A stretch of DNA of 64,000 bases from a bacterium (GCA_043719155.1 JAYSUJ010000022.1:10448-74447); one strand, 5' to 3'; counted from the stretch's first letter, positions 52,902-62,425 are shown. Notes: generated from the letters alone by a model not told the origin. Made by a program: numbers and translations.

Positions 52902-54014
52902 TTAGTTAACCATAAACTCTAGCACATCACCATCTTTTACAATGTATTCTTTACCTTCTGTACGCAGTTTTCCATTTGCTTTTGCGTTAGCAAAACTACC
53001 AGACTCAAGTAACTCTGACCAAAATATAACTTGAGCCTTTATGAATCTTTCTCTAAAATCAGTATGTATAGCTTGTCCAGCCACTGGTGCTGTTGAACTT
53101 TTAGCCACAGTCCAAGCTCTAGTTTCTTGTACGCCAGTAGTAAAATAAGTTTCCAGCTCTAAAAGTTTGTAAGCCGACTTTATTAGATTATCAACACCGT
53201 TATCATCTTTGTTTCCACCCAATTCTTCCCTGAATATACTTTTTTCCTCACCTTCAAAATCTTTCAAATCATCTTCTATTTTTGCATCAACCATCACAAA
53301 TTCACTATGTGTTTCCTGTATGTATTTTGCCAACTCTAAAAATTTTACATCTGTTTCCTCTATGTTTTTCTTGCCTGTACTCTTATTTAAGATATACAAA
53401 ATTGGCTTCGAGGAAAGCAATGTTAATTTTTTGAGAACAACTATTTCTTCCTCTACTAAATTTGGCAAAAGACTAGAGACCAGTTTGCCATCATTTACAA
53501 CAACTAAACATTTTTGTAGAACTTCTTTTTCTTTTATAGCATCTTTATCACCTTTTCTCACATCTTTCTCTAAATTTTGTAATCTTTTTTCTATAGTTTC
53601 TAAGTCAGCTAAAGCAAGTTCAGCGTTTATAATTTGAACGTCACGCAGTGGATGTACCGAACCCTCGACATGCTGTATATCTCCAAGTTCAAAAAGTCTT
53701 ACCACATGCCCAATAGAGTCACATTCACGAATATTTGAGAGAAACTTGTTTCCTAGTCCCTCACCTTTACTCGCCCCTTTTACCAGACCGGCAATATCTA
53801 CAAACTCTATGACAGCAGGTACAGTTTTATTAGTTTTAGAAAACTCCGACAGCTTCCAAAGCCTGTCATCTGGCACAGCTACAATTCCCACACTTGGGTC
53901 AATAGTGCAAAAGGGATAATTCTCTGCAGGCACACCTTTTTTAGTTAATGCATTAAACAAGGTAGACTTTCCTACGTTTGGTAGTCCCACTATTCCGATA
54001 CTTAGTTTTGCCAT
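52902..54014 (-). CDS. ychF: Ribosome-binding ATPase YchF
   Basis: GLPNVGKST, NYPFCTI, DIAGLV, EGKEYIVKDGD. Confidence 0.98.
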   Translation of the reverse strand: MAKLSIGIVGLPNVGKSTLFNALTKKGVPAENYPFCTIDPSVGIVAVPDDRLWKLSEFSKTNKTVPAVIEFVDIAGLVKGASKGEGLGNKFLSNIRECDSIGHVVRLFELGDIQHVEGSVHPLRDVQIINAELALADLETIEKRLQNLEKDVRKGDKDAIKEKEVLQKCLVVVNDGKLVSSLLPNLVEEEIVVLKKLTLLSSKPILYILNKSTGKKNIEETDVKFLELAKYIQETHSEFVMVDAKIEDDLKDFEGEEKSIFREELGGNKDDNGVDNLIKSAYKLLELETYFTTGVQETRAWTVAKSSTAPVAGQAIHTDFRERFIKAQVIFWSELLESGSFANAKANGKLRTEGKEYIVKDGDVLEFMVN

Positions 54015-54019
54015 AGAGA

Positions 54020-54358
54020 TTATTTACCCATCATTGCTTCACGCAATTCTTTCTGATATTTCATCATTACACTTTGACTGGCTGACATTTGATTTTTTCC
54101 TGCCGTTACAAGTTCTTGAGTTTCCTTTGCTATCTTCATTAAAAGCTCTGGCTTGTTTTCCATTATTTTCTTAAACATAACTTTTGCCTGTGGTGGCATT
54201 GGCAACTTTTCTAGCTCTTCCATCATTTTATTCATTCCCCATTCTGTCTCCATCACTTTACCAGCCACAGCCGTAGCTGCTTTTGTAGCAGTACCCTTTA
54301 CCGCACTTGTTACAGCATCTGTCGCACCACTAACAGCTTTTTTAAGAGAATCTAACAT
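54020..54358 (-). CDS. Hypothetical protein
   Basis: 112-aa Ala/Met-rich ORF immediately upstream of ychF. Confidence 0.7.
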   Translation of the reverse strand: MLDSLKKAVSGATDAVTSAVKGTATKAATAVAGKVMETEWGMNKMMEELEKLPMPPQAKVMFKKIMENKPELLMKIAKETQELVTAGKNQMSASQSVMMKYQKELREAMMGK

Positions 54359-54418
54359 AGTATTTTAATTTATTTTTATTGCTACATTATAACATTCTAA
54401 ACCCAAGTAAACAATTTT

Positions 54419-55012
54419 CTATATTTTTAGTAAGCCCAGCTTTTTTTGGAAAATTTGATTTAAATCGCTCTCAAAAACTTCCATGTTTTCACCGTTGTTT
54501 ACATAGTGATAATCCGCCAAAGAGATGACGGTACCTTTTCCTAGATTTTTGGCCTCAGAAATTTGCCTAGAATTTAATTCATCAAGATTTAGTTTTCTGT
54601 CAGCCCTACTTCCAATTCTTTTTAGCCTCACATCAAAATCAGAGTGTATAGCCAGAACTTTAAAATTCTCAGGATATGCGTTTTTTATAATTTCATATTC
54701 CCAAATGTTGTACATACTTTCTAAAATAATTTTTGTGTGCCCTTCCAAAATGGCTTTTTCTATTTTGGGAATCATAAATTTAGAATAAATTCCCATATCT
54801 CCACCCTTTCGCATATCTTCACGTACAAATCTTTCGTTTACCTCATTAACTTCCAAGCCCCTTCTCTTTACTTCATCAAGCGTAATGCCGCCATAATACA
54901 AATGAAAAAAACCATAGTCTTTAACTAAAGTTTTTAACACCTCACTTTTCCCTGTTGCTGGCATACCTACTACAGCAAGTATAAATACTTTGTTATCTAA
55001 TTTATTATCCAT
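54419..55012 (-). CDS. P-loop nucleotide-kinase-like protein (UPF0200/dephospho-CoA kinase-like)
   Basis: VVGMPATGKS; ISLADY..VNNG. Confidence 0.75.
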   Translation of the reverse strand: MDNKLDNKVFILAVVGMPATGKSEVLKTLVKDYGFFHLYYGGITLDEVKRRGLEVNEVNERFVREDMRKGGDMGIYSKFMIPKIEKAILEGHTKIILESMYNIWEYEIIKNAYPENFKVLAIHSDFDVRLKRIGSRADRKLNLDELNSRQISEAKNLGKGTVISLADYHYVNNGENMEVFESDLNQIFQKKLGLLKI

Positions 55013-55130
55013 ACTAATTTAGTATACTAAATTAAGTATAATATTATTACTGTACAAATTGCTCTAATATTGTATAATTAAATTCTTGCCGTCTTTTCCC
55101 CATCTTAAAACAAATATGGAGTAACCTCAA

Positions 55131-55286
55131 ATGAACTTCAATCCAGAGCTAACAGTATGGTTTATGTTAGGCTTCATTGCCTACGTTTCCTACAAGGCAT
55201 ACAAGGATGGAGATTTCTTTATTTCTTGTATCTTTAGTGGATTTACTTACTCACTGCTTATATTTACATGTTCTAGATACATTTGA
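55131..55286 (+). CDS. Cassette J: 51-aa 2-TM orphan protein (not in ORF track)
   Basis: MNFNPELTVWFMLGFIAYVSYKAYKDGDFFISCIFSGFTYSLLIFTCSRYI; TATAAT 55073-55078, SD GGAG, hairpin 55315-55351. Confidence 0.6.
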   Translation: MNFNPELTVWFMLGFIAYVSYKAYKDGDFFISCIFSGFTYSLLIFTCSRYI

Positions 55287-55376
55287 ATTCATTCTTTGTT
55301 GTTAGAACAATACAAAACCCGTGAAATTTTTTCAAAAAATTTCACGGGTTTCATTTTTAAACATAAGAACATCTTA

Positions 55377-55868
55377 TTACGCCTCCCTACCCTGCACCTT
55401 AACCCTTTCGACCAAATCATTAATAATAACAAGAAGTGAATTATTAATACTTGTTAGAAAATCTTTTTTTTGTTTTGAGTTCCACATACTTTGAAAATTA
55501 ACAACATTATCTGCCAAGCTTATTTCCAACTCTGCACACTTTTTTTCTATTTCTTGAACTAATTCTGGGTAATTATGCTTTGTTGTAGTGTTAATCTCCG
55601 TAATCAGGGATTGCAGTTTTTCAACACTCTCTACAAGTTCCTCTGTTTCTTTTTTTTCTTCTTCGTCCGTTTGTTCTTGCTGTACTTTAGCCAGTTTTTC
55701 TTTTAAAAGTTTTAAATTTTCATTTATTGAGACAAAGTTTACAGTTTCTTTATTGCTGCCAGGCATACCAGCTATAGCCACAGCAGCGGCAACTACTCCT
55801 GCATCTTTTAATAGCCCTCTTCGGGTTACAGGTCTGTTTAAATAATCTGCAAATGCCATATTTTTCAT
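55377..55868 (-). CDS. Hypothetical protein with twin-arginine-like N-terminus
   Basis: TRRGLLK plus hydrophobic stretch, then coiled coil. Confidence 0.65.
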   Translation of the reverse strand: MKNMAFADYLNRPVTRRGLLKDAGVVAAAVAIAGMPGSNKETVNFVSINENLKLLKEKLAKVQQEQTDEEEKKETEELVESVEKLQSLITEINTTTKHNYPELVQEIEKKCAELEISLADNVVNFQSMWNSKQKKDFLTSINNSLLVIINDLVERVKVQGREA

Positions 55869-55869
55869 T

Positions 55870-56880
55870 TTACCAACTCAAAGCACCACCTTGTTGATAC
55901 TCGGTAACCCTAGTTTCAAAGAAGTTTTTTTCTTTTTTAAGGTCCATAATTTCACTCATCCAAGGAAAAGGGTTAGCAGTGTTATATTGAACTGGCAGAC
56001 CAATTCTTTCCAGTCTCCTGTCGGCTACATATTCCAAGTATTGCCTAACAATCTCTTTATTCATCCCGAGTATTCCCCTTGGGAGGGCGTCTGCAGCGTA
56101 TGCGGCTTCTAAATCTACAGCCTGTCGTATTTTATCTACCAAGTCAGCTCTAAAACTTGGAGTCCAGATTTCTGGGTTTTCCGAAACTATTGTATTTATG
56201 AGATCTGCTCCAAAAGCCAAATGTACCGACTCATCTCTTAAGGTGTACTGAAATTGTTCACCCATTCCAACCATTTTTTGATGTCGCATTAAGTTTAGCA
56301 TCATAGCAAAACCTGCGTAGAAGAATAGTCCCTCCATTATTACATAATAACCAACTAGGTCATGCACAAAACGTTGTACATTTTCTACGGTATCTGTTTT
56401 GAAATTTGGATCCATGATAGAAGAAGTAATACTTATGACAAAGTCATCCTTAGCTTTTATACTTGGTATAGTTTCGTACATTTTGTAAACCTCATCTGGG
56501 TTCAAGCCAAGTGAATCACAGGCGTAAATAAACATATCAGTATGTATAGCTTCTTCAAAAGCTTGTCTCAGCATGTATTGCCTACATTCAGCGTTCGTCA
56601 CGTGTTTGTAAACTGTTAAAACAATATTGTTTGCGGTTAAACTTTCTGCAGTAGAGAAAAAGCCCAAGTTCCATAGGATCATCCTTCTCTCATCATCAGA
56701 CAAACCACCTAGATGAATTGGCTTTTTCCAAAGCTCAATGTCGTTCATCATAGGCACCTCCTCTGCTGTCCAGTTATTATTTACACCTTTTTTATAATGC
56801 TCTCTTGCCCATTTATATTTCATTGGCAAAATTTTGTTTGGGTCAGTTGTATTATTGTTCAATATACCTGCTCTGTTCAT
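55870..56880 (-). CDS. nrdB: Ribonucleotide reductase beta subunit, class Ic-type
   Basis: FFSTAES, EEAIH, MEGLFFYAGF, RDESVH, NFFETRVTEYQ. Confidence 0.95.
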   Translation of the reverse strand: MNRAGILNNNTTDPNKILPMKYKWAREHYKKGVNNNWTAEEVPMMNDIELWKKPIHLGGLSDDERRMILWNLGFFSTAESLTANNIVLTVYKHVTNAECRQYMLRQAFEEAIHTDMFIYACDSLGLNPDEVYKMYETIPSIKAKDDFVISITSSIMDPNFKTDTVENVQRFVHDLVGYYVIMEGLFFYAGFAMMLNLMRHQKMVGMGEQFQYTLRDESVHLAFGADLINTIVSENPEIWTPSFRADLVDKIRQAVDLEAAYAADALPRGILGMNKEIVRQYLEYVADRRLERIGLPVQYNTANPFPWMSEIMDLKKEKNFFETRVTEYQQGGALSW

Positions 56881-57059
56881 ATTTTTATTTTAATTTAATT
56901 GAGAATTTTAAATTTCGATTTTTTAGACAAGAAAAAATCTGGAAAAACTTTATTTATAATTAGCGTTGGGTATGGTTACACTTGCTGAAAAGTATAGCTG
57001 TTTTTTGAAACTTACTATCAAAAAATGTGGATAATTTTTTACTAAAGTTTTCAAGAATT

Positions 57060-60000
57060 TTACTGACAAGCTTCACAGTCTGGGTCTAGGATGCGACAGA
57101 TTTTCACATCTGCCCCATTTACTTTTATGGTAGCTGTACCGGCTCCACTACCCACCGATTTATTTACATAGGCTTCGACTTTATGAGCTTCTTCTCTGGT
57201 CTTTTCCTTAATGGCGTTCAAGGCATGGTTAACCTCGCTGTAAGTAGCAGTAGCCGCAGCAACTACAAAAACAGGTACATTGGTAGGAATATTGGCTTCT
57301 TTTGTGGGTGTAGGATAGGCGGCAGGAGTTGGAGCTATAGAAGCCGTCACAGTTGTATTAGCATGTGCATGACCAGTGTGAGAGTTGCTGTCAGATTTTG
57401 TAGTAGCTGTATTTGTTGTACTAGTAGTTGCGTCAGCCGTTTTAATAGTAGTTGTGGCTTTTTCAACACCAGAAGCCGCCAAAGTCCTAAGGTAATAAGT
57501 GGTTTTCAAGCCCATATCCCATGCGTACATATACATTTCTCCAATTTCTCTTCCAGAAGTACCTTTGTAATAGAGGTTTAAAGACTGAGATTGATCTATC
57601 CACTTTCCACGATAAGCTGCCAAGTTGATAAATACTTTTGGATCTATTTCGAAAGTTTCTTTATATTTTGTTTTGATCACGTCTGGTATACGAGATATGT
57701 TCTGTACTGAACCCTCAGCCTGTTTTATTTCCGAAAGCATTTCATCGTTCCAAAGTCCTAGAGACTTAAGATCTTTAACCAAGTAGTCGTTTATCATCGT
57801 AAACTCGCCACTCATATTTGACTTTACGAAAATATTTTTATAATAAGCTTCGATACATGGTGATGAGCCAGCGATGTTGGAAATAGTGGCGGTAGGAGCA
57901 ATGGCCATAGTGTTGGAGTTTCTCATACCAAAAGTCCTTATAGCTGCTCTTACCACTTCCCAATCCATTTTTCCGGTTTTAGTAATTGGAAGCTTGGTTC
58001 CTCGTGCTTCTTCAAGAAGAGAAAGTGTATCCACAGGCATGATTCCCCTATCCCATTTCGAACCTTTGAAGGTTGAATATGCACCACGCTCTTTTGCCAG
58101 CTCTGTTGAGCCTAAAATAGCATAGTAGGAAATAAACTCTTGATTTTCATCTGCAAATTTTAAAGCCTCAGCTGAGTCAAAATTGATGCCCAGCTCATAG
58201 AGCGCATCGTGAAAACCCATAACGCCTAACCCTACAGGACGGTGCCTAAAGTTGGAAACTTTACCTTCATTAGTCGGATAATAGTTTATGTCAATAACGT
58301 TATCCAACATTCTCATAGCGAGCTTAATAGTGTCTTTCAACATTTCCAAATCAATTTTTCCATTGAAAAAGTGTCGAGGCAAGTTTATGGAAGACAGGTT
58401 ACAGACAGCAGTTTCTTCGAAACTATTGTTCAGAGTTATTTCAGTACACAAGTTTGAATTGTGAATTACGCCAACATGGTCTTGGGGTGAGCGAATATTA
58501 CAAACATCTTTAAAAGTAAACCAAGGGTGCCCAGTTTCAAAAATCATAGTCACCATTTTCTTGAACAAATCTTTAGCTTTCATTACTTTAAAAATCCTCA
58601 CCTTACCATCTCTAGCCATTTGCTCGTATTTTTCATATTTTTCTTGAAAAACTTTTCCATAGGTGTCATGCAAGTCTTTTGTTTCGTCTGGTGAAAAGAG
58701 TGTCCAGTCTGCGTCTTGCTTTACTCTTTGCATAAACAAATCCGGAATCCAGTTGGCAGTGTTCATGTCGTGGGTACGACGTCTTTCATCACCTGTATTT
58801 TTTCTTAAATCTAGAAAATCTTCAATGTCTACATGCCAAGTTTCCAAGTAGGCACACACAGCCCCACGTCGACGACCAGATCTGTTAATGGCTACAGTTA
58901 CATCATTTGAAACTTTCATGAATGGAATGATTCCGTTACTTTCTATTTGAGTGCGCTTAACTATAGACCCCATCCCTCGCACGTAGGACCAGTCAGTCGC
59001 AATACCTCCAGAGAATTTACTCATTTGAGCGTTGTCAGCATAAGTTACTTTAGCCAAAGATTCCAAAGTATCATCAATAGTGTTCAGATAGCAAGATGAA
59101 AGCTGTGGATAAGTTGTCCCTGACTGAAACAAGGTAGGAGTGGACGGTATAAGTCGCAAAGACGACATTAGATTATAAAACTCAATAGCTTTGTCGGTTT
59201 TGTTTTGCTCTAACAATGAAAGCCCCATAGCTACACGCATCCAAAAAGTTTGTGGCAACTCTAAAAGTTTGTTTTTCTTTTGGATATTTCTAGTTAAATA
59301 TCTTTCTTGCACCACTTGCATCCCAAGATACTGGAAAAGCTCATCTCTTTCTGGGTTAATAGCCTCAGCTAGTTTTTGTAAATCAAAATCTAACATTCTG
59401 TTATCATAGATTTTGTCAACAACACCTTCGTTGGTGGATTTTATGAAAAATTCTTTGTAAATTCTTTTTATATTGTCTGTAGTGTAATTTTCATGATTGA
59501 TTTCTACTCCAGCTTCTTTAAAAATATTGTATCTAACCAGTCTTGCTGCTACATAAGAGTAAGCTGGGTCATTTTCTACCATTGATCTAGCTGCCAATAC
59601 TAAAGCTTTTTGAAATTCTTCTGAGGAAATGCCATCGTAAATTTCCATTTTTACTCGCCCAACTATGGCTTCTACGGAAACTTGGCTTTCATAACCTTTT
59701 ATCATTTTACCAACAAACGCCCGTAGTTTAGCCTCGCTAAACTTTTCCTGCACCCCATTTCTATTTATAACAATCGCATTACCCTCTTCAATTTTTTGCA
59801 ACTCTTGTTGACGCAACATCGCACGCTCTTGGATTTTTTCATGTCTATACAAAATATAATGCTTGCCAACTTCATAGTAACCTGCTTCCATGATAGATTG
59901 CTCTACCAAATCTTGTATCTGTTCTACATAAGGGATAGAAACCTCATTGTCTCTGTAAACTTCTTCTAATTTCTTCATGGTCACGTCTCGTATTTCTGTG

Positions 60001-60125
60001 GCTACAGGAATATTTGAGTCGCCAGTCATAGTCAAAAAGGCTTTGCCCACGGCTTCAATAATTTTAGACGAGTCGAAAGGCACTATCTTTCCATTTCTTT
60101 TGCGAATAACAGTAAGGTTCATCAT
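57060..60125 (-). CDS. nrdA: Ribonucleotide reductase alpha subunit with two ATP cones
   Basis: KRNG cone, QLSSC, SNLCTEI, VCNL, APTATIS, KTTYY, C-terminal CEAC. Confidence 0.97.
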   Translation of the reverse strand: MMNLTVIRKRNGKIVPFDSSKIIEAVGKAFLTMTGDSNIPVATEIRDVTMKKLEEVYRDNEVSIPYVEQIQDLVEQSIMEAGYYEVGKHYILYRHEKIQERAMLRQQELQKIEEGNAIVINRNGVQEKFSEAKLRAFVGKMIKGYESQVSVEAIVGRVKMEIYDGISSEEFQKALVLAARSMVENDPAYSYVAARLVRYNIFKEAGVEINHENYTTDNIKRIYKEFFIKSTNEGVVDKIYDNRMLDFDLQKLAEAINPERDELFQYLGMQVVQERYLTRNIQKKNKLLELPQTFWMRVAMGLSLLEQNKTDKAIEFYNLMSSLRLIPSTPTLFQSGTTYPQLSSCYLNTIDDTLESLAKVTYADNAQMSKFSGGIATDWSYVRGMGSIVKRTQIESNGIIPFMKVSNDVTVAINRSGRRRGAVCAYLETWHVDIEDFLDLRKNTGDERRRTHDMNTANWIPDLFMQRVKQDADWTLFSPDETKDLHDTYGKVFQEKYEKYEQMARDGKVRIFKVMKAKDLFKKMVTMIFETGHPWFTFKDVCNIRSPQDHVGVIHNSNLCTEITLNNSFEETAVCNLSSINLPRHFFNGKIDLEMLKDTIKLAMRMLDNVIDINYYPTNEGKVSNFRHRPVGLGVMGFHDALYELGINFDSAEALKFADENQEFISYYAILGSTELAKERGAYSTFKGSKWDRGIMPVDTLSLLEEARGTKLPITKTGKMDWEVVRAAIRTFGMRNSNTMAIAPTATISNIAGSSPCIEAYYKNIFVKSNMSGEFTMINDYLVKDLKSLGLWNDEMLSEIKQAEGSVQNISRIPDVIKTKYKETFEIDPKVFINLAAYRGKWIDQSQSLNLYYKGTSGREIGEMYMYAWDMGLKTTYYLRTLAASGVEKATTTIKTADATTSTTNTATTKSDSNSHTGHAHANTTVTASIAPTPAAYPTPTKEANIPTNVPVFVVAAATATYSEVNHALNAIKEKTREEAHKVEAYVNKSVGSGAGTATIKVNGADVKICRILDPDCEACQ

Positions 60126-60428
60126 ATTTTGTAGATTTATAGGTAATAAGGTAAATTAATTGAAATTTTGAGACACCAAAAGAATTACTCTCTTTGTGTT
60201 GGGTATGAGTATATAAATTTTTCAATTAAAAACAATATTTACAGCTCAGAAAATGTGTTGAAATTTTTTAAAAATCTCTATATTTTTGTTTGGAGCAATT
60301 TCCAATCATTTTTGAAGATGTAAAGGGTAAAAAGTTATCCACCAAACAACAAAAAAAATAGAATTTGCTTGAAATTTGCTTTTCAGGTAGTATTTAATAG
60401 TTCTAACTCCAGCAGGAAAGTGAAGTTC

Positions 60429-60689
60429 ATGACAAAAAATGTCAGCATGAGAGATCTGGATGAGGCCGAAGAGCTAGCACTGGAACAACTTGTGAAAGCT
60501 CGTAAAGAGAGGCAGCAACGCATCGGTCCATTGGCCCAAGCTCTGCAGCTTGAAATTAAAATTGCAGAAAAAAAGCTGAAAAATCTACAGGAAAAATGTG
60601 CCGCAGCTAGCCACAGGCCAGGTGCTGGTTCACATATAGATGTGCATATTTGGGTTTGCAGTATCTGCGGCGCTAACTGTAAACCATAA
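60429..60689 (+). CDS. Cassette K: 86-aa coiled-coil protein with C-terminal C/H/CxxC zinc-finger-like motif
   Basis: TTGCTT-17-TAGTAT (60365-60393), AGGA SD, terminator ATGGGGCTTGGCAA-GA-TTGCCAAGCCCCAT (60698-60727). Confidence 0.72.
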   Translation: MTKNVSMRDLDEAEELALEQLVKARKERQQRIGPLAQALQLEIKIAEKKLKNLQEKCAAASHRPGAGSHIDVHIWVCSICGANCKP

Positions 60690-60745
60690 GATCGGCAATG
60701 GGGCTTGGCAAGATTGCCAAGCCCCATCTTCTTTTTATAATAAAA

Positions 60746-62050
60746 CTATTTCAAAAAATTCTTTTTACGCAAATTTTTATGATAAGCCAATGAAAATCTA
60801 TGGACTTCTGCATTTGCTAAAATTATTTCTTGCTTAAATTTTTCCACAATTTCCCTGTCCCCCAAAATACTTTTAGCTTTATGATTTTTGTCTTTAGTTA
60901 CGGCAACAACTTTTATAGCACTTTTTTCCTCTCCTATTTTAGGAGAGGTTAGGTGAGGTAACTCACTTAATATTTTCTCTACTACATCTACATGTCTCTG
61001 GTCACCATCTACCACTACCACGTCCGGTATACCCCAGTCCAAGTGCTTCATTCGCCTTTCAAAAAGCTCTCTCAACCCTTCTAAATCATCATTTTTGTCG
61101 GTAGAGATTTTAAATTTTTTATACTCTTGTTTTGCCACCACTCCACCCAAAACAACAGCCATGGCCCCCACCCTGTCCTGTCCAGAAAGGTGGGCAATGT
61201 CATAGGCTTCTATACGAATATGTTTATCCTCTTCTTTTATATCTTTAGAAATAAGATGGGCGTCCCGAATATGCTCAAGGGCGAAAAGCATTTCCTTAAC
61301 CTTTTGAGCCTCTTCAAATTTTAACTCTTTTGAGAGAGTTAACATATCATTTTGTAAATCTTGCCTAACCTTTTCCCCATTACCTTCTAAAAAAGTAATC
61401 ATTCTTTCTATAATTCTTTTATATTTTTTTGCATCACACACTCCGGCACAAGTACCAGGACATAAGCCGATCTGATACGAAAAACATGGTTTTTTCTGCC
61501 AAGACTTTTTAGAGTCAAAAACTTCACACTTGTCTCTAAAAGGAAATATTTTTCTGATTAATTTCAAACTCTCTCTGGCATATTGGCCATTTGGGTAAGG
61601 CCCGAAAGTTTTTTTAACTTTAATAATTTCACTTTTAAAGTTTCCTAAAAATTTACTCTTTAAAAGCAAATTATTTTCTTTATCTATATCTCTTAGTCTA
61701 GCCAAAACCACTCTTGGAAACTTTTCTTCTGTCACCACAAGTACAAAATAGCTCTTGTCGTCTTTGGAAATAGTATTGTACTTTGGTAAATGTTTTTTAA
61801 TTAGCTCAGTTTCTAAAATTAGCGCCTCCAAAACGCTTCTGGTGGTTTGGAACTTTACAGAATCTGCCAAGGTTACCATGTTGGCAATATGTAAACCTCT
61901 CTTGTGTAAAATATCATCATCAAAATAACTGCGTACCCTACTTTTTAAACTTGTGGCTTTGCCAATATATAAAATTTCTTCATCAAGCATAAAGAAATAC
62001 ACACCAGACTCATCTGGAAGATTTAAGTTTTGTAGGTCAGGCAATTTCAT
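60746..62050 (-). CDS. uvrC: UvrC-like excinuclease (GIY-YIG, UVR, RNase H-like; no HhH tail)
   Basis: GVYFF..ILYIGKA..RVRSYF, IEAYDIAH, PDVVVVDG. Confidence 0.88.
   Translation of the reverse strand: MKLPDLQNLNLPDESGVYFFMLDEEILYIGKATSLKSRVRSYFDDDILHKRGLHIANMVTLADSVKFQTTRSVLEALILETELIKKHLPKYNTISKDDKSYFVLVVTEEKFPRVVLARLRDIDKENNLLLKSKFLGNFKSEIIKVKKTFGPYPNGQYARESLKLIRKIFPFRDKCEVFDSKKSWQKKPCFSYQIGLCPGTCAGVCDAKKYKRIIERMITFLEGNGEKVRQDLQNDMLTLSKELKFEEAQKVKEMLFALEHIRDAHLISKDIKEEDKHIRIEAYDIAHLSGQDRVGAMAVVLGGVVAKQEYKKFKISTDKNDDLEGLRELFERRMKHLDWGIPDVVVVDGDQRHVDVVEKILSELPHLTSPKIGEEKSAIKVVAVTKDKNHKAKSILGDREIVEKFKQEIILANAEVHRFSLAYHKNLRKKNFLK
60928..60959 (+). repeat. REP-like palindromic element inside uvrC
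   Basis: CCTCTCCT-ATTTT-AGGAGAGG-TTAGGTGAGGT. Confidence 0.7.
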
Positions 62051-62146
62051 AGTTGAAATATAACATAAGTTTGCAAATACTCTAAGTTGTGCTATTATCT
62101 AAAAACTGTGTCTTTGAACACAGAAATAACTGGGAAGGAAAACTGC

Positions 62147-62311
62147 ATGCCACCACGCAAGTCCAATGGCAAACCACTGACTGAAAACAAAAAAACTCCA
62201 AACAAACGGGGCGCCTCAAAACGCTCACGTCACATGCGGCGACGTGAAGAGCAGACAACAAACCTGCGAAACCTCTCGCGCAAGCAGGACGACAGCCAGT
62301 CCGCAAATTAA
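62147..62311 (+). CDS. Cassette L: 54-aa Arg/Lys-rich disordered peptide
   Basis: TTGCAA-16-TATTAT (62071-62098), leader hairpin CTGTGT/ACACAG, SD GGAAGGA, terminator GCGGCGGACC-GAA-GGTCCGCCGC-T5 (62333-62360). Confidence 0.7.
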   Translation: MPPRKSNGKPLTENKKTPNKRGASKRSRHMRRREEQTTNLRNLSRKQDDSQSAN

Positions 62312-62425
62312 CTTTCCAAACAAATTTTTTTGGCGGCGGACCGAAGGTCCGCCGCTTTTTCCTTTTAAAACTTTTAAAAAGAAAAAACGACTCAAAAGTC
62401 GTGTTTTTTAATCGTCATTTTTTCT

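Noticed and set aside
60225-60292. NrdR boxes upstream of nrdA
   Set aside because: Candidates AAACAATATTTACAG and CTCTATATTTTTGT match the consensus only weakly in very AT-rich DNA, and their spacing is atypical.
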